Part shown: piece by piece, positions 41,458 through 55,200 of the stretch
Position numbering within the stretch: position 1 is the first letter of the stretch
How the letters are laid out: each line of letters opens with the position of its first letter
Source: Antedon mediterranea
Taxonomy: Eukaryota; Animalia; Echinodermata
DNA length: 64,000 nt
Assembly (NCBI RefSeq): GCF_964355755.1
Contig: NC_092674.1
Span: 9,300,001 to 9,364,000 of the forward strand
Direction: 5' to 3'
Notes under the pieces: generated by a model
What the model was told of the DNA's origin: nothing
The model's input: only the letters and a program-made list of their open reading frames with translations
The model's database searches: none
Position numbers and translations under genes: made by a program

Positions 41458-43037
41458 CACTTTAAATAACAATCAAGTATACGCTCTGTTGATACAAAAT
41501 GCATTACTACCCTTACAGCATCACGGCGCCATTAAACGCCGTAAAAGAAGAATTGGTCTTTTGAATAGAATATCATAAACTGTAGGCCTACTGCGCTCCG
41601 TAGGTTGCTAAGTTACACTCCTAAGACGTTTTATCTTGTACACTTTAAATACCAGAAAAACATTAAGAGTTTCTTACGCCTCCATAATTTCCATTTAAAT
41701 GTACCAAGTTTTACTAATTACTATCCTCCATGGTATAATTTTCGCTTAAAATAAATAAATATATATATTGTTTTACTATAAATTGTATATATATATTTTT
41801 TTACTATAAATAATAATATATTATAAACATTATAATATTTTTACAAATCAAATTTTTTAATTACATTCTGAATATCCTTCTATAATGTTTGCCTGTATTA
41901 AAAAGATGTAGAATAGTAAAAGATGACTTACTTGAATTTGTATATAAATAAATAATTGTTAATCTCAACGAATAATGATAATTATAATAGCTCAGTATAT
42001 TTTATACTTTTTAAATTTCTATAATCCTTTCTTATTTAATTGTCATTGTTGTGTATTGTAAATACAAAGTCTGTAGTTATTTCGAGGCTTTTCGATGTTT
42101 GTCTAGCTGAAGTAGTAGTAGTAGTATGTGACAAAATATTTATCTTTTATTAAGTCAAAACTCCGTCTGGAACTCGGACTACTGCAAACGTTATATCAAC
42201 ATCTATGTTGATTGTTGTTGAAAAATAATTTTCATTTAAGGAGAAAGCAGCAGTTTTCAACTAATTTAGTTGATTGTATACAATATCTTCCAATAATTTA
42301 CCTACACAATATTGAAAACACGTAGGCCTAATGGCACAAGAAACCGGAAATTAAACACAATGGGTTAGGGTTTAGGTTAGGGTTTTTGTAGTAGAATAGG
42401 CCTAATAGGTTTCAATTAAAATAAAATATTAACAAAATGTTGATTTTCAATAATTATGGATTACAAACCACTCGTGGGTACATTATATATTTCACAATGT
42501 ATAAACAAAAAGTCTAAAGTCACGCATGCTCATGGTACCGGGAATTTCCAAATAAATAATTATATTATTCACAATTATAGTGACACTGAAGGACGACGAG
42601 TTAAGGGTATCTAAACATTTCTGATAACACCTAAGATGCCTATTTACGTGTTGTGGTTTATGTCTAAAATCGTAAGCAAACTTTCTGGAAACTGTAGGCC
42701 TATAATTGAGATGCCCGTAAGCTTGGTTCCCACTACGACAGCGCCCACAACTGTTTAAAAAAAGAGACCTTTTCGGCCACAAATGTAAAAAAAATCCAAA
42801 TCAAATTTAGTGCTAGGCCCAATCAATTTTGATTGAGTTAATGTACTGTATTTATATATTGTATTGAGTTCTTGTTGTTTCAATTGTGTGTTCACGATAC
42901 GTCTGTTAGGGTGGTTGTTAACGTTGCTTTAATGTACGTATAGTCAAAGAATATATATCACAAGAATGAGTAATCCGCAATTTTTGCATGAGAAATTTGT
43001 AAGAGAGAGTGATGCCCGCCCTCATAAGGGCGGATGT

Positions 43038-43335
43038 ATAATAATAATACCCCATATATATAGCGCCCTTTTCATGAGTAATCATGCTCAAAGGCGCTTT
43101 ACAAGCATTATTACCCCAGTATTTTTTGGAGCAAACACGTATGGAAACATACTCACATAATGCAGTCAGTAACCAGCGCAAAGTTGTGTCTTGTTCTAAC
43201 CGGGTACCCATTTATACACCTGGGTGGAGAGAGGCAAACGTAAGTAAAGTATCTTGCCTACGGATACAAGCAATGCGGCGATAGTTGGATTCGAACGTAG
43301 GTCTGACGATCGGTAGTAGTCCACACTAAACAGAC
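43038..43335 (-). mobile_element. CORE-type tRNA SINE with L2-like tail
   Basis: Minus strand shows B-box-like gttcgaatcc, CORE-like ggcaagatacttt...ctctctccacccaggtgtataaatgggtacc, and tail tgtaaagcgcctttgag...gcgctatata...(tat)n. Confidence 0.7.
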
Positions 43336-46219
43336 TAAATAAAACTTGATTTAATAGATACTAACATGTCATATTAAATAGAATTATGATAATTTATTTT
43401 GCAATTGTAAAACATTTTATATAACATATTTAATAACAAACTAGTGTACATTCACTTCTACAGAAAATTATTTACAAAGAAAGGCCGAACAGCAACATAA
43501 AAAAATCAACCAAGAACTACTCAGCACGGCCTATTCTTTGCCATTGCCGCGTAATAATCTACGCCCGGTAAATAAGTATTGTTTTTATGATATAAATTAG
43601 TATAAAATACATGTTATTAACAGGATACAATTTTAAATTTCATTAACATTTTAATATTTGTTTTACCAGAAACAAGTTAAATATAGAAATATGATTAAAC
43701 TATCCTTCGTGAAACAACACGCCCGGTAGCGCCCGGTTGATGAAGCGAACTGTTTATTCGGCAGTTTTTACTAAATAAATTGCATGAAACGAACAATTAA
43801 ACCGTCACAAAAAGTTGTATACATCCTCACTTATGGCGGCGCCCTACCACATGGACAATATTACTGTTACAGGGAAAATCGCGGATTACTCATTCTTTTC
43901 TATATATTCTTTGGTATAGTTCAAGACGATATTTGTTATTTGCGCATGCACGATACTTCAAGGTCAAGGCCATGTTATAAACCAACGAGTTAACATGCAA
44001 ATATCGCGCGCACGAGCAGCAAATGGTAATAATCCAACGCGTTAACGACGACCCAATACCCTTTTTACACTATCGACTGAGAGAGGAACACGAGTTGAAC
44101 TCGGAGGCAATTTCCATTTACACTAGCCAAAAAAACTGCGAGATAAACTGGAGTTGCGCCCATTTACACTACATCGATCACCCCGGTGCTGTCAATCAAA
44201 TCACTATTGCAAGCGCACACGTGGAACTTAACTGACTATGGTGGTTTAAACGTTTAAACACAAATCGACAAATCTCATATAAAAACATAATAACCCGAAT
44301 TTACACACAATTTATTTAATTTTGAATGTAGTCCAGTGTAATATTTTCTTTGTGGCTATTAAGATTATCATTTATTATTTAAAAATTAGGGCCTAACAAT
44401 TATTTTTCTTTTTAAAATGACTGCATTTCCGGCTTGTAGACTGTACGTACATTAAATAGGCCTTAAATTGTTAGGTTGGCGTAAAAATAGGGTAGGTACG
44501 GTAAGTATTTAAAATAAAAATGTATTTTTAATTAGCATAACAATGTATCAATGAATAAAAATTATTATATGGAACTTTTTCAGTTCCTAAAAAAGATATC
44601 ATTTTCATCCATTGAGACGTCAGTATTATATATATTTTCCCCTTTTTCAATAATTAGGCCAACATAAAATCGGCCAGGGTAGAGTTACACCAATATTACA
44701 TTATTTTAGGCTTTCTGGTAAGGTAGAATGCACACGTCCACGAACAATTTCAATATTTTCAGCAGAAAAGAAAATCACAAATTTGTTTGTGCCTTTAAAA
44801 GAAAATAACGAACAGCACAATATATCGTACAATTATTATTTTAAGCAAAAAAAAGGTGTATTTTAAGCAAAAAACCTATTTTGTTTGCATAATATTGTAT
44901 TTCTGTGACAACATGTTACATTTTCACGTCAATGACCTTTAACAGCTCGGTGTTGAACCACAAAAACCGTTTACACTTCGTGTATCCGGTGTAGATTCGA
45001 CTACACCGGAGAAGGTACACCGGAAAACATTCAGCTTCGTTTCACCCCGGGGAGAACACACCGGGGTGGTTGGATTTTCCCATTTACACCAGTCAATAAA
45101 AACCACAACACCGGCGTTTAACGGCCCGGTGTACTAACAACAGCGGGGTTACACCGCTGTTACGGTGAACGAGTAAAAGGGGTATAACAGACTGTAGACT
45201 TCATTTGGCATTTTTTCGAAAAAAAAAAAGAAGGTAAAACCACATGAAACTGCTGATCAACGAATTCAAGAGATACTAGATAAGAGAAAGTGGAAAGATT
45301 TTCGGAATAAATTCAAAGATCTGTTACTATACCTTGTATCGGTGAGTGAGTTTTATCCGTTTAAGGTTTTCATTAAAGTCAGTTACAGTCATATCATCTG
45401 CATTATTAAAATAATGTTTGTTTGGTTTTATTTATTTATTTTATATTTTAACTAATACTTTTTTGTATTATAATGTTTAGTAAATAAATATAAATAATTT
45501 ATTTTTTATTTTTTCATGTTTTCTGTGTTAGATTCAACCTACCAATTGATGATAAGTTTAAATGGCTGCAGAACTTCAGTGATCTCAACAACGAGGAAAA
45601 GCATCGACGCCCATTAGAAAACTCAAGTGAAACCATTTCTGTTGCAAGAAATATGTGTTTTAACATTGAAGAAATAGAAAAAATATATAAATGTTGCTGA
45701 TTCACTGATTGACATTGGTTGACAAACTATGACAATGAGAAAGCAGATCAAATACACCAAGCGTTATTCTACTGTCTCCTTTGAATCAGCCTCTTGCACC
45801 TCTTATTATAGAATAGTGATTGAATCATATGAGACTCATCCAAATCACATAAAGCAAATTAAAATGACGAATTTAATAATAATCTGACAAATCAGCGAAT
45901 ACTGTAGATTTAAATTGTTTCCGCAGATTTTATCATTTTTGTATAAATTATTTTTATTTATCTCCGCGTACATTGTCGTCATTTACAATATTTAACAGCA
46001 TACCAAAAGAAGCAAGTGCTTGTCAGTTTGGTAACAATTTAAATGCATTTAAATGTACGATACATACCAGACAACATTCAACTAAAATTATGTAAAAGAA
46101 GGTCAGCACCTCCGGTGGGGCACTCCCATGTGGGAATAAGGGGAAATCCCCTCTACTTTAATAGTGACGCACATAAGCGCGACCAACAATCAAAGTGACC
46201 ACCACAGGAGAGGTATAAC

Positions 46220-46701
46220 CAGGCCCGTAGCCAGTTTTTTTTTTATAGTTTAGGCCCCCCCCCCCACCCCTATTACAGCGAACCCCTATCTCTGACATGC
46301 CCAATAGCTCACCACATCTCTTAAATTCATCCAAATACGTGCCCCACAGTACAAAAGGTTATTCGTAAATTGAAAAATTCGTGAACTCGTTCGTGAATAA
46401 CTCATACCTTCTTCCCTGTATGAGCGTACTATAGCGATACGTGTCTTTAAATTTCTAAGAGTTGCAAATGAATTGCCGATTTTCACCTGAAAAATAAATA
46501 GGAATTTTTGGTCCCTGGATGTATACCAAGTGAATGAATGATCAAACAATCGGCGGTTCCGCATAGGGCACGCACATCTAACATACGGCAACAAATGTTA
46601 TCGTCCTTAAATATATTCCACGTGTGTGAGAAGGAAAAATGTTCAGTGACCCAAATACTTAGTGTCCAAAGCCCCTTTGACAGATCCTGGCTACGGCCCT
46701 G
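46220..46701. mobile_element. MITE with caggcccgtagccag / ctggctacggccctg TIRs
   Basis: 15-bp TIRs with one mismatch; ataac duplicated on both flanks. Confidence 0.7.
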
Positions 46702-46762
46702 ATAACAGGACATAAGGCAGGATGAACCCTGTTTGGAGGCACTATGTCATGAGCGACTCATG

Positions 46763-46763
46763 G

Positions 46764-46796
<33 letters not shown>

Positions 46797-47340
46797 GCAT
46801 TAAAATCGTCATTCCACATTTGGAAGTGGACTGCCACCAGGTCTCTCCATCTACTATGTTCTGTAATCTGTATTGTCCATTATTCAAAATAACATATTAT
46901 CACTTGCCCCACGAATAACATTGCTATTTATGTCGTTAAAACGTTCCCATCTACTTCACAAAATGGATGACATTGTTCACAATAATTTACTTGAAACAAG
47001 TTTGCTCAATCTATTTCTATCTACCCGGTGTGTTTTTTCATAGCAACGGAATTTATATCATTTCCATATTTACGAGATGTATTTGTTTCTTCACTATAAC
47101 GGAATTCATATCACTCGATTGCAAATTTCCTACTCTTTTCTCGTCCATCCTCTTCAAATGAACAAGCCCTCTTAGCTCAATTTATTGCGAATGGGTCATA
47201 CGTGTCTTCGGATTTCCTCATTTCTTGTTTTGTCCAATCTTGTCTTATTGACAATTGCTCTGAGGGTTCTCATTTCTGAAGCTTGTATTCTACTTCAATC
47301 CGTTGTTGTTATTGCCCATGTTTCAGTACCAGGACTTTAT
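46763..47340 (-). mobile_element. RTE-like LINE 3' remnant with (CAT)n microsatellite
   Basis: Minus frame SEMRTLRAIVNKTRLDKTRNEEIR resembles RTE C-termini; (cat)n at 46765-46800. Confidence 0.6.
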
Positions 47341-48862
47341 CAAAGATTATCTTTTTTGGTTTCTTGGGTACACGGTCTATTTTTTTAGAATGGGATACAG
47401 AGCACCTTTCCCATTCTCACTGTGATATCCAGTCTATTTCCACCTTCTCTCATGATGATGTTTCCTAGAACCATCCTGGTTGGGAAGAAAATGGAAACAT
47501 TGATCTTTTAGTTGGTACAATCGTATCAAACTTCTCAATTCTTTAACACTAATGTTGTTGTTTTTACTGTCTACTTTTAATTTATGCATAGGGAAAGTCA
47601 CGCCGTCTCCACACACATAGACTGCCCAAATCATTATGCTACCTATAATACCAAATTTAAACTCTTGTAATAATTCACTTTAAAACTATACCCAGTTACT
47701 TTCTTGCTTGTGTTTAAAATCTAAAGAAAAATCTAAGAAAACCGTTGCTACAGTAGTATGACTATGTTATAATAATAATAATCCTAAAGGACATCCTCTT
47801 TTTGTTGGATTTACTAATAATTTATTCTAAATTTAGGTTTGTGAATCAAGATTACTATGTAACTAATTTACATATTTTTGTTTATTTGTATTAAAAAGAT
47901 TCAATATAACTAAGTATGTTGCATCAAACAGCTCATTGTAATGGAGGGAAATATTGGAACATCTGAACAAAACAAACCTAAGTTCTTTAGAATTGTTAGT
48001 TTTAATTAAATTCACATATACTGAGTAGTATGAATGATGTTTAAGGTTTACTGTGCAATGTCATAACAAACATGGTAAGCTTCTTAATTAGTATTAGTTA
48101 TAAATTATTATAAGATTCCAACAAAAAGGAGGACGAGTAAATAAACAATTTCTTTTATAACATAATATATAGTCATACTACGTTTACTTTGATTTGTTTT
48201 TATTGTTCAACTATGATTTTAAAATATCTAACAGTATTCTGTATAGCATTTGTCATTCATTTACCGGAGTTCTTTAAAATTGTGATATAGTTTAGATCTG
48301 TAAGTATAATACTAAATATTAATAATGATCTTGGTGATGAAAGATTTAACTGTGATGTTATTCATTAAAATTAATAGAATTATCTACTTAGGACTTGGTA
48401 CAAAAAATATTCCAATACACCCAGTCGTTACCAAGTTACGCAAAGTCTTAACTTTGACCATATTGACCTTTTGGCCCCTGTACTGACCAAGCATTCCAGT
48501 TTTTTTGGCCAACAGTAAAAAAATGATTTATATTGATATAAGGAAGCAAAAAAAACCTTGTTGGCATAGTTTGCTAGAGGGTGCAGGTGAACCATTTCTG
48601 GCTCCGCAACTACTTTCTTCTTCCCTCAACCATTTCAAACACATAATCATTTTCTCCAAACTATTCCTATTTTGTAACTACTGTAGTTTATTTTATGAAA
48701 CATATATTTGTTATTCACACTGTAATTTTCACTGATTCTGTAATAAAAATAATGTTTTTTATTCTAACTATTTGATGCATAAAGCCAATGCTTTTTAATT
48801 CCAAAGTATAGCAAACAATGTAACATCATTAAATGTTTTTGCAGACGAATATTGTTGGCGAA

Positions 48863-49213
48863 ATGGCAAACGATGATGAAATAATTGAGAAGTTCGATAA
48901 ATTCATCTTTGAATTCAGTAAAATTTACGAATCATATAAATTTAAATGGTTGAGATTCTGCTTATTTAACATACTGTGTTACAGTGACCTCATAGCTGCA
49001 ACTTCAGGACATCAGTTTTTAAATTCACTAGAAGATGTTGGAGTTATTCCACACGATGATGTTCATCTTTTATTAGATATCGCAAAACTGTCACGTTTAA
49101 AAAAGGCAGAAGATCTTGTAATTGATTATATTAAAACAAATGGTCAAAATAAGGCCAAACCAGTGCTGTCAAACTATCGGAAAAAGAATACGGCCAAGAT
49201 TATGACGGCTTAG
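48863..49213 (+). pseudogene. Orphan DED-like exon from a different gene family, truncated at ~49185 (potential 116-aa DED-only protein)
   Basis: Acceptor at 48843-48844, ATG at 48863. FDKFIFEFSKIY...LRFCLFNIL...FLNSLEDVGVIPHDDVHLLLDIAKLSRLKKAEDLVIDY fits a DED pattern. Joins the NLR 3'-flank repeat abruptly. Confidence 0.65.
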
Positions 49214-49874
49214 AATTAACTTATTTAAAAATGTATATAATGCAATTAATGGGAAATAATATTAATAGCCGCCTATAATATAATTTAAGATCTTGAAATC
49301 TTAAATTATTTTCAATTTTTAATAATCCATTTCTATTTAAATTATTTAAAAGCTTTATATTTGTGTACAGTATTAAATTTGCATCTTTACTAGGCCTATA
49401 TGAACGATGTTTCGATACCTGTTAGACAGATGGGATACGATGGGATACCTGCTAGTTTGGGGAAGAATTTGTTTTAGAGGTGTCTGTTACCCATTGTCTT
49501 CTCCCTTCAGTGTGAATAATTTAGCTGAATTTTGTTCAAGATTACGGCTAAATTAGTTTCCCGTATCTATAATTAATTATTACTTAGGCTAGTCATTTGT
49601 GTAGTAAATGTCTTTTGGTGATGGTGTCGACGACTTCATATAATGAAACTGTTTCAATGCGTCTTATTTTCTTCTTTAAATATGTGTGTATTGCTATTTA
49701 ATGGTAAACAAATGTGTGTCTTTGCTGCTTAAACAGTTTCTATTTATTTGGTTTGGAAAGGAAAATTATCGAAATAAAAAATAAATTGTTATTTGTTGTT
49801 TTTGTAATAAGACAATTCATTGTACTATTTCATATAAAACGTATTTTTGTTTAGGGGACAATGCACAAATATCA

Positions 49875-50360
49875 TTCATTCGTAAAACTCCATTATTAGT
49901 CCCTGTATTTGATGATTGATTATTACAACCCGGATTGAATTATGCAAGCAAAACCGATGAACCGAATGGTTTTGTTTATTGATTGGTAATGTTAATTAAA
50001 AACAAATTATATTCGTTTGTTTGGCTATTCGCGTTAACCTCATTACCAAACGCGTCATTGGTTCAGTAAACATTGGTAATGTTTAAGTGTTAAACTTAAC
50101 ACGTCATCAAATTCTGATACGTGCCACGATAGTTTCAAGCCCGTCACTATTCACTAATCCAAATTGAATTGTAATCTGTAATTTAACAGTAGGTGAGTCA
50201 ACATAATGTTTAGTTGACGCACAGAAACCTGCGTTGACGATTATTACGTTTCATTATGTTGTAGGCATAGTAAAACAATATTGAATATGTAATTGTGTTT
50301 TCTTTGTAGGCCTACTCTCGTAGTAAAAAGTAACGTAACTAGCTGCAGGAAGACTTTAAG
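49875..50360 (+). promoter_or_regulatory. Conserved upstream block / non-coding exon 1 of copy 4
   Basis: Homologous to the blocks of copies 2 and 3; donor after 50360. Confidence 0.6.
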
Positions 50361-51466
50361 GTAGGTTGAATTTAACCTATATCCTCTTCTATTCGCTCTA
50401 TCTATAGTCATGTAGCATAGTCTGTTAGGCCTACATCTACTGCAATTACATTTTACACATTTTCAAATAACAACGAAATTACGCTCTGTTGGTATAAAAT
50501 ACATTACCACCATTTCAGCGTCATGACGCCAAGAAATGAAACATCGTACAAAGGGGAATTGATCTATTGAATAGAGTATAGACATATATAGTGTAGGCCT
50601 AATGTGGGTAGTTAGGAAGTTCTATAATCATTAACGGACGTTTTATCCTGTACATTCACACTACCAGGAAAACATTAAAATCCATGTTTCGTGGCCTACA
50701 TGTACATACATGTGTTATGTTATCTTTCATCATAAAATCTTATGATAAACATTAAAAAAACTGTTCAATATTATTGGTCTACATTTTAATAATATCTTAT
50801 ATTAATGACAATGACAAGAATATACTTAGATTAGGTTATATAGAAAAAATAATGTTTTTATATTTGTGCGATGTTAAAAATAATATAAATTCTATTATTA
50901 ATCGGGCTTCGCCTCATGAAAATAGAATTTCATCTTTCACCTTCTGAAACTATTTGTACCATCGCACTCATTATTTGTATATAGGCCTAATAAACCAATT
51001 TAGGCAAGACCCGGTGGCTATTATTAATGACTTACTAATGAAACAAAAACAAATTGAAAATATAACATTCTTAGGATTTTATTATAATATAAATAAAATG
51101 AGAAAGTTACCTGAACTTATTCGTGCAAATAATAGTCATGTAATGGGATACAGTAGGGACTAGTGAGTTTTATATTGCAAAAGCATAAGATTACAAGAGT
51201 TATTATATTCCGTAAAAAGGAAACGAAACATCTACAAATAAATTAATAGATCTATACAGGTGCGATTTTGTATAATGAAACAAAGCAAACAGTTTTGTTT
51301 TAATTTAATTGCAGAAGTGGAAATAATTTGTTTTATTTTAATAGTGTTCCTTGTTATCAATGAATGTAGAGTATTGCGCAGTTATCTTTAGGTTTGTATT
51401 TATTTTACCGATAAAAAGAGATTTATTTAGGAAAATGTAAATAGACAAAGAAATTGTGTAACCTTA

Positions 51467-51564
51467 TACCCCTTTCACACCAAAAGCAAAACTCCGGAGA
51501 CACTCCGGAGACACCCCGGAGACACCCCGGAGTTGACGTCCCGCTGTTTGGTGTGAAAGGGGTA
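51467..51564. mobile_element. 98-bp PIF/Harbinger-type MITE
   Basis: TIR tacccctttcacacca, TTA TSD; empty site in the paralogous block at ~30662. Confidence 0.8.
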
Positions 51565-52242
51565 TTATATAAGTAGGCCTGTTATTTGTATGTTGCTTGT
51601 TGTTTGTTTAGAGACCTTACGATCATTTTTAAATTATAATTATGATTCTTAAACAATATAGTAATGTATCTGATTGTGTTCGTTTATACGCGAATTTTGC
51701 AGTAGGCGTTTCAAAAGCTGATGTTATAGATGTTTTAATTAAGTCAGCCATCAATGGACCCGTAAAAATAACTGTATCCTCAACCAGCCATACAAGTCTG
51801 TGATACAGCAACAATTGTTGTTGTCGATTATCTTTTATGATAAAAATGGTGAATGAAATTAAGTAAAACCTTTGATACCCACTGCAGTCTTTCAGACGAG
51901 ATGTAAGTATATGTATATGTTAATATTAAAGATGTGTTATCCCCCAAAAACATGAAAAATGAAGATTAATTAAATCAGACTTTTAATAGGTTATTTTGTA
52001 GTTTTAATAAAGTTAATCACTTCTGTAGAAAAAATAACCGTTTTCACTTATATTTTTTTTCCAATCTAATTTTTGGTCAAAGTGGATAACTAATATATGA
52101 CATTAAAATGGCAAATTTAACAGAAATGTTTTTAATAATTATTTTTTTCAGGGGGACAATTTACATCTATATATTATACACACAAACCTAGTTGCTATAG
52201 TTCCTTATTACATGTTTGTTATATTTACAGCAGAAATTGATC

Positions 52243-55200
52243 ATGGCGTCAAATAATGAAATCGATAATATTGCCCTCACTGCTAATCCGTTTTATGCAT
52301 TCATAACTGATCAACATAATGGCATGGTCGATGAAGAATTCAAGAAAGTCAAACTCCAGTCAAAAGACAAGTTGGTCAGGATTGTCTACGATAAAATAAA
52401 AACACCGCTAGATTTATTTGAGAAACTCTGCGATAATGGAATTATCTCGGAGGACGATACTACATTTCTGGAGGAAGTATACCATCATATCCAGAACAAG
52501 ATTGGCCTACACGAGATTGAAGAGTACAAACGTAAAAGAAAGGAACATAAAGAACGTATCAGGTTATTGTCAGTAAAAACCGATTCATTGTTTGTTGGAA
52601 GAGACAAAGTATTGCACAAGATCTTACAGGCTTTTGCTGCGAAAACTGGAAAATGTTGTTGTGTGATTCTCGCCGGTTCGCCTGGAATTGGAAAAACAAA
52701 GTTATCGATTCAGACATGCGCAATCTACCCAGCATTTCTAATAGAAGAAAAAGTGGTTGTTACGTAAGCATGTTATAATATTGCTATTAAACTACTACGT
52801 ATTTTAATTTTAGTTTCTGTTTTAGGTGTTAGATATATAAATTATAGCCGAACCATCCTTAAGAGACTGAACACATTATTTAATAACAATTACAATTTTC
52901 TTTTCAATTTATGAATAATTAAAATTCTAAATATGACTGAAATATTTTTTTTGTCTACAGTACTTACCTTATAAACTTGAGGAACTTGATGTCAATGAAC
53001 GAAGTAGGGGCTGCTATCATGAATGCAATTGGTGTCAAAGATGTAGTACCATCTACATTTGATGTAGACGAGTTATTAGGAAAGATACGAGATATGAAAT
53101 CAGGTATATTTTACAGTAGACAGTACAGTAGACTAACGGTTAAAACCCCAAAATTTGAGGCACTACACATATCAATTTGAAATCAACCAATCACAAATGT
53201 TAATCAATTTATCAGTTCTAAATTATATACTATTATACTGTGTATGATAATAAGTTACAATATGGTATATATAACATTTGTTTTTCAGAAACAATAGTCT
53301 ACTTGGATAATGCTGATGATGTTTTGAGACCAAGACGCCCTGTACGAGAACACTTCATCAATTTTCTTGTTAAATTTATTCGTGAAGAAAATCAGAGAGT
53401 AAAATTCCTAATCACAACAAGATACAGAGTTGATAATGAGTCCTTATTGTCTGTAATCAGCTTTCATCAGCTTGATATAAAACCTCTTCAGGTGTTGGAT
53501 GCCATGTCTCTCCTTCGTCGCTCATCTGACCTTCCAAATCTTGATGAGACGATTTGTAAAGATTTGGTTTTTGTTTGTGGCCACAACCCTCACGCGATTC
53601 GAGCTGTGGCCAGCCGTATGAAACTAGGACATATGCAACCAAAAGAGTTTCTGGAACTTCTGAAAACCCCGGCTCTGGCTAAACAAGTTTTCGATCACAA
53701 GTATGGCGTAAAAATGTCTACTGAAGGCCAGGAGATCGAACAACAGGAGAGCGTTGTCAGATGCCTACGTGTTGTGTTTGATCAACTGGACAACAAGTAC
53801 AAGTCATTGTTGATAAAGCTGTCCGTCTTTCCGAGCTTCTTTTACAGAGATGTAGCTTCTATCATTCTTGGTGAGGAGAAGAGCGTCACTGGCTTGTATC
53901 TACAAGATCTCTGTATCTATGGTCTTTTGGAATTCGATAAGCTTGATCAATTTAAAAACATCGATTCTTGTGAAGGGGATTGTAATCAGTACAATGTCCA
54001 TACACTGGTGAGGCTCACCTGTGAACTTGAGACAAGAGATGATTCTTTAAGACCCTTTTTTTATACTGCCATGATAGCATTCCTCAATCATTACCATCGA
54101 GTGATCAATGACATCTGTGAACTTGCAAACAAACATTTCAAGGAAGGCCTTGAAAAGTACCAGAGTGATAAAATCAATCTAGTACAATATCTGGAACATG
54201 AAGCAAACAGAAAACCGACAAACTCTGCAAAAGAATTAAACTTTTCTCAGGAGGACAGACGGTATGTTGTCTTTGATGGCTTGGTCGAGGCAGATCGAAG
54301 CCAAATCACGCAAAGCTAAGGCAGAAGGAGACTTGATCAGTTACAGCTTTTTATGCGCATGGGTAGGTGACCAATATATATGTCAAGCCCAGATATTAGA
54401 GGCACACAAAGCCGCAGACAACGGATTGACGACACTTGATAAACTAAAATCTGGAGACAAAAGTCATGAAAATACAATGATTGCCAAAGCCGCCTGCCTG
54501 TACGTGAGAGGACGAGCCTATATCGGGCAGCAGAAATATGAGGAAAGTTTGATAGTTCTTCATGAATCGTTAGCTTTGCGACGAAAACTTGAAGGAGACC
54601 ATACGATGACCGCACGTGTACTCAACACAATTGGTCAGGTGTTCTATTGTCAGAAAAAACTTCGGGATGCCCAGCGCTATCACCAAGAGGCATGGGACAT
54701 GATTGACAAAATCACAGGCGGTAAACCAGAAGTACATATTGATTTTTCTGTGTATGTCATGAATGTGGGAACCTGTTTTAGAAGCTGGGGAAATAGATAC
54801 ACTGATGCTAAGGAAACAGAAAAGGCCAAGGAGCAATATGAAAAAGCTTTAGATTTTTTCAATAATGCTTTAAAAATGCAGCAGAGGAGCTTTCCTGGTC
54901 TAGAGATTAAACTGACGTCAAAGATTCTTAGGAATAGAGCACTTTGCTACTTTGAAATGGAAGAATACACCAAAGCTCTACCAGATGCTGAACGAAGCTT
55001 GCGCATTAGCCAACGGATTTTGAAAGAGAACCCTGACACAGCTAGATGTCTGTACTTTGTTGGATGTACTCACCATCATATTGGTAAGAAAATACTAACA
55101 GCTGAAGACGTATCGGAGGACGAAAAAGGTAAGATAAATGTGTCCGGCCTTCTAGGAGCAAGCGGGAAAAATACATAATCTTGTCAAATTTCAAATGAAA

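Larger units (their letters stand above)
38640..41750 (+). pseudogene. Relict fifth paralog: non-coding exon 1 (donor after 38734) and intron-1 sequence only, interrupted by MITE+LINE
   Basis: 38640-38850 and 41460-41750 align by eye with 19990-20410 and 21250-21320 of copy 2; no coding exons follow. Confidence 0.65.
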
